Source: Oopsacas minuta
Lineage: Eukaryota > Animalia > Porifera
Length of the DNA: 64,000 bases
Direction: 5' to 3'
Assembly (NCBI GenBank): GCA_024704765.1
Contig: JAKMXF010000088.1
Coordinates: 558,001 to 622,000, forward strand
This document shows, in pieces, positions 59,101-64,000 of the stretch (its first letter is position 1; each line of letters begins with the position of its first letter). A model generated the notes under the pieces. It did no database searches and was not told the origin of the DNA. It saw only the letters and a list, made by a program, of their open reading frames with translations. A program made the position numbers and the translations under genes.

Positions 59101-62100
59101 TGTTAATTACTCCGATTAATGGCCTGTCCTGATGTGACGCTATTAATCGGAGTCTGCTTTGTATGGGATAGTAGAACTCAAATTCAAAAATGAAATAATA
59201 TATAAGAAAAGGTTTTTCGACACGACACCCATAATTAATAAAATTAGAATACAGACAATTCACACCAGGACTATACAGCAGGAGTATTCGCGACAGAAAA
59301 TTCACAAAAACAGATCGTCACTCGAATTATCTCAGTACTATTAAAATAATTATCACTAATACATCTACAGTGGAGTCTCACAATAATTGACACATTGGAG
59401 ATTAGATTTGTACTTCGTAGGTGAGATGTCTGCTTCTCAGAGATTAGTTAAGTATTATTTCGTTCCACGAGCTTGTCCGTTGTAGAGGTGTTGTCTGCTT
59501 TTCGGAGTGTCCGTTATGGGAGACTCCACTGCATATACGTATAGAGTGAAACAAATCCCAGAAAAATGTCCAAATTCAACTTCTGGTACAAAATAAATTC
59601 ATTTAAAACTGATTGAAAAGGAATACTTGAATTGAGTATTAGTACAATAGACCTGCGTTAACTGGGACCCGTCTTATACAAATAGTACGTACAAGAATAG
59701 ATAAACCGTTTGGAGAGTAACTGACTGTATGTCGAATTTCACATATAAATGAGGTTTCATAAATAGCAGAGACATATGGCAGAGTACTAAAATACTATTG
59801 CCATGTATATTCGAAGTGAAAGATATTTGAAGAGTAATGAGCGTCGAAAGATGCTCTATCGAAAAACACTTAAAAAAAATGGTAATTAAAATACCAAAAT
59901 AGTTATTAACTGACCCTAGATACCATGTGTACAGTAGGAATGTGTTACTGAAAGATTACAGAGCAATTCTAATATTAGTCAGTATGTTGTCATTAATGTA
60001 CCATATAGCTAGCAGCTGTAATACATTATTAATCAGTTTATCTACAGTAAGCTAGCGTTATATCGAAAACGGATATACAGTGAAACCTGCATAATCCGAC
60101 ACACTCGTTGGGAAACGAAGAAAATGTCGGATTATACAGGTGTTCTCGTACATACTCAAGTAAAATTCAAGACATATGGTTGTCAAATATCAAATATGCA
60201 GTATACTATATTTACATTGTAAACGATAATGTTGGATTATGAAGATAAAATCACCTCCATGATCCGACATTGTTGAAATATGTACATCTCAGATAAATGA
60301 AAGCTAAATCGCCGGTTTATAGAGGTCGAATTTATATTACTTGATCATCATTCAATTGTTGGAATACGGAGTAGCGAGGTTCCGGGTTATTGAGGTTGTT
60401 TTCTATACAAAAAGTATCCGTGAAAAGAAATAATGTCGGTTTAGCGAAATTCCGGATTACAGAGGTGTCGGATTATGCAGGTTCCACTGTATATCGAAGT
60501 ATGAAATTGTACAAATATGGTCCCAAACCGTCCAAGTAACATAAACTTCATCGAAGAAATTATCAAGATCCCTTGAGCTTAGTTATAACAGGAGTTGACT
60601 GTACGTATATAGATACAGTGAACTCCTGTTCTAACTAATTAATTCTTTATCCCCTACAGCTTGAAATTAATATATTTGACTCCGCTTATAACGTAATGCA
60701 ACCGGGGAGCTGCAATTACTCAACCATTTACACTATTTATCCAAAGGAACATTAACTCTAAATATTGATAGATAATTAGAAATTCCGATCAGTTGTCCTA
60801 AAATATCCACATTCAAGCACATTAGGTAACATGATCGGAAGTTTGTTTATAAGTGAATATATTGAAGGAAATTCAGCACACGCAGGACAATATTTGGAAC
60901 ATCTGCGACAGGATAGCAATTGGAAAATGCGTGAATTAACTTTCAAGTCAATTAAATTTTATCAAAACTGAAGGGAAGTAATTAAGACGCGAAAATCGCA
61001 CAGCTGATTAGAGTTCAGGTTAGGGTTAGATATATTTGCTAATTAATTCCATAATTTGTGTAAGGGAATGATTAAGCTACAGACACCATATTCTAACTTA
61101 GATTTGTTATTACGATTTGGAATGATAGCGGGAACTTACGCGCTACATAATTAATGAGATGACATCTGTAAAATATTGATAAGATAGTTGTTAATAAACC
61201 GCCAAAAAATGAAATGCGAACGAATTCGGGCGCTAATTTGTAATTAAAAGTACAAAATTATTTTAATTTTGTAATTACACATAGGGCATAGTACTAAAGG
61301 TTTTGTCAAGCTGATATTATACAGAAAGTTTTGCGTATCGAGTTGTAGCAATATCTCTGTCCAATTTGCATGAAGCTTGCGTAATCCAACAGGTAATTCA
61401 AATACGGAAGCTTAACCGATGTCCAAACGGATGATATAGGTTCCGCTGTGATTTAAGATTTACAGAAACTGGGTTCTTGGGAGACCGAAAATGCTACCCG
61501 TTTGTGGAGGTTTATTTGTATGGAGATAGGGATTCGGCCAATTTATTTTTCACTCCATTTCCACAAGCCCCATTTGTGTAAATCACACTAATTCAGTTTT
61601 TATAGCAAATATTGTACATCTGTTACAGGTTATAATGCCTGATGTAATATATATTGAAACAAGCGAGGATGATAGATGAAAATGTGTATCCTTATCAAAA
61701 CGTGTTGAGCTCGGCTGTACCATTTCAAATAATCCAGAATCATATCAGAAATACACAAGTATAATATTAAAGATTTTATCTCTCTTCAAACAATAAATTG
61801 TAACACCTTAATCCAGCTCAAAGCTCAGAATCTTATCTTAAACCTACTCATTAGTAATCTTACCAAATACGTTTACAATCAATTGTAACATCTGGAAGGA
61901 AAGATATGAGAATCTTTGAACAAAACCCGACTGTTATAATTGTTTAATTCGTATATAATCGATGATAACTTAGCGATTAGAGAACTGAGAAATCATTGCA
62001 TATGTAATATTAAATATATATGTTTAAAACCAAGGTTCATAACCGGGGTGCAGAGGCCCCTTGGAGGTCAACAGGATCTCAAAATTTGTACTGTAGGGGC

Positions 62101-63478
62101 CCACGGGTGAAAACCATTGGTAAGCAATGTTTCAAACAGTGTCGCTGTTTGGGTATTTCCCAGGCCTCTGAGGGGTAAAATAGGGTAAATCAAAAATGAA
62201 AGATTGCTAAATGATTGCACTATTCGCCAGGTATCGAAACCAAGCAATTTATAGTAAATAGCAAATGGTCGCTTTTTAATACATTAAAATTGGACCAGCT
62301 GAGAAATTCATTTCTTATATAATTGGAAAATAATCAAATCACAATAAAATGGGATTACATATCATTCTCAAAACTGACTAATTAAATACTGGAATCAGTG
62401 GTTTTGATTTATAATTGTCGATTTGGAGAATATTCTGACCATTTTTTGAGGCACAAGGAAGCAAGGGTTATGTCCATAGTAAGCGAAAAGTAAATAACAC
62501 TTACTTATGGTTACATTCCATACACATACATACGTTGCCATGGTAGTCTCACAAGATTAAGAGAATGTGACTTGTAATGAGTTAGTTGCAAATAGATCCG
62601 CATTAATTTTAAGACGATTTTCTGATAGTCAACGAACTATTGATAGTCAACGAATTTCTGATAGTCAACGAATTTCTGATAGTAGGAAGAATTTTTGATA
62701 GTGGTATTTCTTATCTAGCGAATCTATGGTAATCAGATAGCGGAGAAGAATTTGAATGGCATTACTTGTAATACTACTTTTAATACAGCTTTAAGGATCA
62801 AATATACATACAGTGTAAGTTCGCGTATTAGCAAGCATGAATTCCTTTGCTAATACGCAAACTTACTTTCATAATACAAAATGGATTCTGAAACTTACCT
62901 TTCCCTTCTCAGCATTCTTCTCTTTTGGATGTTCTGTAAGAATATTTGATAGCAAATTCAATGCCGAAATTCTAGTCCTTATACTGATACATCTTGGTAG
63001 ACCTATTGGATTTTGAATATACGTATATGAATAATTTGACTGAGGTGTCTACAACGTATATCCTTACAAACCCTTGATTTTAAAAGGAATCAAGCAAACA
63101 TTCGCAAAATTATGTGACTTTTACCAGAATAACAAACAGAAATTGATATTCATAGATGTATTACTCGGAAATTCAGGGGTTGGTAATGTATGAAATTCAG
63201 AAATATGTAACTAACAATATTCTGGATCTGTACCAGCTATCCTCAACAACAGTCCTACCCAAGCTGTATTAGCAAAATGTGACCTCATTTTATCAGTGGA
63301 TGCAACACGCGACAAGTAATTGATATAAGATCCCATTGAGTATTCTCTATCATCGTTAGATATAGTACACCATAATTTCTCCAGCTGTTTGAGAGTTTCT
63401 GGATGGACAGGGTGGTTGAACTCAAATGGGAGAGATAGCTCAAGGAAATCTATCGGAGACTGTACTTGGAGATCGTTT
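32101..63478 (-). CDS. HERC1: Giant E3 ubiquitin ligase HERC1 (SPRY, UBA, WD40, RCC1-like, HECT), multi-exon, 5' part outside the window
   Basis: Last exon 32289-32101 [35 protein letters not shown] exons 34860-34555, 35176-35024, ~35720-35465 and ~36945-36790 ([13 protein letters not shown]), LPQRAWK at ~41150. RCC1 repeats 43.3-45.7 kb, WD40 46.7-50.3 kb, UBA LLEMGF at ~53160, SPRY 56.15-56.84 kb, [12 protein letters not shown] at ~62950. Domain order and motifs fit HERC1 rather than HERC2. Confidence 0.92.
32794..34276 (+). CDS. RERG/RASL11/RASL12-like small GTPase, 4 exons, nested antisense in the last HERC1 intron
   Basis: [47 protein letters not shown]. Exons ~32794-32902, 33339-33422, 33682-33962, 34132-34276. 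No CAAX. Confidence 0.82.
33011..33142. mobile_element. hAT (Charlie-like) MITE
   Basis: cagcggttccaacc...ggttaggaaccactg termini; 8-bp TSD atctaggt / gtctaggt. Confidence 0.85.
33440..33573. mobile_element. Family-A MITE
   Basis: ta|cagtcaact...acgggaggactg|ta. Confidence 0.82.
35298..35434. mobile_element. Family-A MITE (HERC1 intron)
   Basis: ta|caatcaactcccgtt...caggagttaactg|ta. Confidence 0.85.
37462..37556. mobile_element. hAT (Charlie-like) MITE
   Basis: cagcggttcccaac...gttgggaagcgcta termini; TSD ccttacat / ccctacat. Related fragments near 4446, 9930, 36640, 38005-38114, 41320, 46030, 54460 and 62040. Confidence 0.8.
38992..40350 (-). CDS. CPEB1: Cytoplasmic polyadenylation element-binding protein (CPEB1 subfamily), intronless, nested on the same strand in a HERC1 intron
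   Basis: [55 protein letters not shown] and ZZ zinc finger [25 protein letters not shown]. Confidence 0.95.
   Translation of the reverse strand: MQRFDMNSLATKSYSPPHLASCLSPQAEKYTPKSHPEEEFASLLKCLNIEDNYPSPTGNPRKFPEITSSPEFDHDSDSSSNSSSTQLSDSLTDLASSGSSSSGSFMSSFDTCAPWGKSLVPNVSGSPPGLIFSSSIHSSFEKVWKLNPPTPQSVLSSVPDQESALSHRPCQYDRKDDSHYPIVCTWSGVLPSRRYRNPVYSSKVFLGGVPWDITEEALLSTFKQFGPLCVEWPGKETKHHRHPPKGYVYLIFEHEKSVRLLLQLCTSEGPDSGEFYFKVSSRRMRNKEVQVIPWVQTDSNCVHRSAPRLEFNTTIFVGGLHGLLTADALASVMDDLFGGVVYAGIDTDRHKYPIGSGRVTFVSTKNYMKAVQAGYVEIKTGKFTKRVQVDPYLEDTFCNSCCRVMGPFFCRDVNCFKYYCRLCWEWQHAVQGYRHHKPLTRNTKSSLAQCDL
40538..40599 (-). promoter_or_regulatory. Putative CPEB1 core promoter (CCAAT box + TATA box)
   Basis: On the minus strand: ATTGG at 40599-40595, a CGCG-rich stretch, then TATAAAAG at 40545-40538, about 190 nt upstream of the ATG. 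Confidence 0.55.
43626..43775. mobile_element. Family-A MITE (HERC1 intron)
   Basis: Degenerate left end; core and right TIR are present. Confidence 0.75.
44815..44947. mobile_element. Family-A MITE (HERC1 intron)
   Basis: Core ttactttgacggtttgggaccatatttgtacaatttc with both degenerate termini. Confidence 0.8.
47429..47599. mobile_element. Family-A MITE (HERC1 intron)
   Basis: ta|cagtcaactccc...ggagttgactg|ta. Confidence 0.88.
48131..48901 (+). CDS. Class I SAM-dependent methyltransferase of unknown substrate, intronless, nested antisense in a HERC1 intron
   Basis: Motif [11 protein letters not shown], motif [12 protein letters not shown], post-[12 protein letters not shown] and [10 protein letters not shown]; intact 256-aa ORF. 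Confidence 0.85.
   Translation: MSEDIQEQSDEHFDKISSDYDQLEFYGLSKTKWIVERAIDYLEIQDSETIVDLGGGCGDLMNEICIRKKVKGYCMDISINMLKVGREKHFQNKSLEFVHLPMDEISKFELLADKFIVVSAIHFIKEDNLQSFYETIYNKLGKSGKILMVTRREKVPNIPLIATIQKMWYSIPTKTIEVALAKAGFKVSTEERIYKYAITKSRWYEHMTKRFISTISTDVISDEQIQVEIKELDETLLKGKDIVEFDDICVFIVGSK
54032..54150. repeat. 24-bp AT-rich minisatellite in a HERC1 intron
   Basis: Unit aaacaaacaagtaaa(c/t)acataaat, about 4.5 copies. Confidence 0.85.
57017..57172. mobile_element. Family-A MITE inserted in an older dispersed repeat
   Basis: ta|cagacaactgacattatatcgaagctc...gagggttaactg. Confidence 0.8.
57303..57333. repeat. (TTAGA)n microsatellite
   Basis: About 6 tandem copies. Confidence 0.85.
57614..57760. 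mobile_element. Family-A MITE (HERC1 intron)
   Basis: Core and right TIR ttcgatataacaggagttgactg|ta are present. Confidence 0.8.
59368..59531. mobile_element. Tc1/pogo-type MITE (CAGTGGAGTCTC termini)
   Basis: cagtggagtctc...gagactccactg terminal inverted repeat; TA on the left flank only. Confidence 0.7.
60045..60601. mobile_element. Family-A MITE split by the nested 60078-60489 element
   Basis: Left half cagtaagctagcgttatatcgaaaacgga; right half tatcgaagt..tgtacaaatatggtcccaaaccg..ggagttgactg. Confidence 0.85.
60078..60489. mobile_element. 412-bp Tigger/pogo-like non-autonomous element nested inside a family-A MITE
   Basis: 25-bp TIR cagtg(a/g)aacctgcataatccgacac with 1 mismatch; interrupts the host motif acggatatatcgaagt. 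Confidence 0.88.
62619..62702. repeat. ~18-bp minisatellite
   Basis: Unit tgatagtcaacgaatttc, 3 good copies plus degenerate ones. Confidence 0.8.
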
Positions 63479-63890
63479 CTAGAAATTCAAATAATATGAA
63501 ATTGACCCCTCGGGGCGTGTTTAGAGGTCAAATCCATAAGTATGGTATAAGAACTCATATACTTAAGCCATGGGCACAGTTTCTAATTAAATCGTCTCCT
63601 CAGTCAGGACAATGAATTGAAATTGACAGAAATATAACATGCTATTGATATATGTATAAAACTGCCAACTCCACCTGTTAATTCAATAAAGTCTAGTAAG
63701 AGTTTTGCTTATATAATTATTCGTAATAAGAAATTTGTTATATGCAAGTTCTATTAAATATTTTCATAGCATTTTTACACTCATTTCATATTGATGAAAA
63801 CTGCTGGATTGGACCCCTGATACTACCACAAACCTCAGTCAAGAATGGGGCAGATAGAATCGTATTTCACACCTCTGGCTGTATAACATA

Positions 63891-64000
63891 CAGTCAACTC
63901 CTGTTATATCGAAGCTCAAGGGGCCGCGATAATTACTCCGATATGACCGATGGAATACATGTCCCTTTACGGTTTGGGATCATATTTGTACAATAACAGA
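63891..64000. mobile_element. Family-A MITE, cut by the window end
   Basis: ta|cagtcaactcctgttatatcgaagctcaagggg...gggatcatatttgtacaa. Confidence 0.85.

Noticed and set aside
32101-63478. HERC2 as an alternative identity
   Set aside because: SPRY, UBA and WD40 domains and the [11 protein letters not shown] terminus fit HERC1; no cytochrome b5, MIB, ZZ or DOC domain is seen.
63742-63996. Short ORFs containing YRSSR.RDN, FDITG or YGPKPSK-type peptides (also 19164, 54900, 58128, 58205, 47368)
   Set aside because: They are chance translations of family-A MITE sequence, not a protein family.
1-64000. tRNA, rRNA, snRNA or snoRNA genes
   Set aside because: I saw no convincing cloverleaf, A/B-box or C/D-H/ACA structure by eye; tRNAscan-SE and Infernal would be needed to exclude them.

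Overview
This is AT-rich, gene-dense animal genomic DNA with short GT-AG introns. I infer a sponge, probably a glass sponge such as Oopsacas, from the compact layout and a lineage-typical coiled-coil+NHL relic; this is not proven. I found no rRNA, tRNA, CRISPR array or prokaryotic operon. The first 15 kb holds intronless eIF3g, RSU1, REXO4, torsin, an IRAG/LRMP(MRVI1)-like tail-anchored protein and a secreted, probably GPI-anchored maize-type polyamine oxidase, plus a spliced PH-PTB adaptor. A multi-exon Lgl gene (about 16.5-28.0 kb, +) carries a ~320-aa acidic insertion and hosts IFT20, SAR1 and an NHL pseudogene antisense in its introns. An intronless choline transporter-like gene follows. 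A giant multi-exon HERC1 (32.1 to >63.5 kb, -, 5' end outside the window) hosts a RERG-like GTPase, a same-strand intronless CPEB1 and an intronless SAM methyltransferase. Introns and intergenic DNA carry about 29 copies or fragments of one TA-flanked Tc1/pogo-type MITE, several hAT-type MITEs with 8-bp TSDs, a nested insertion, foldback elements and minisatellites. Exon boundaries were read by eye, and homology calls rest on remembered family motifs, not database searches.
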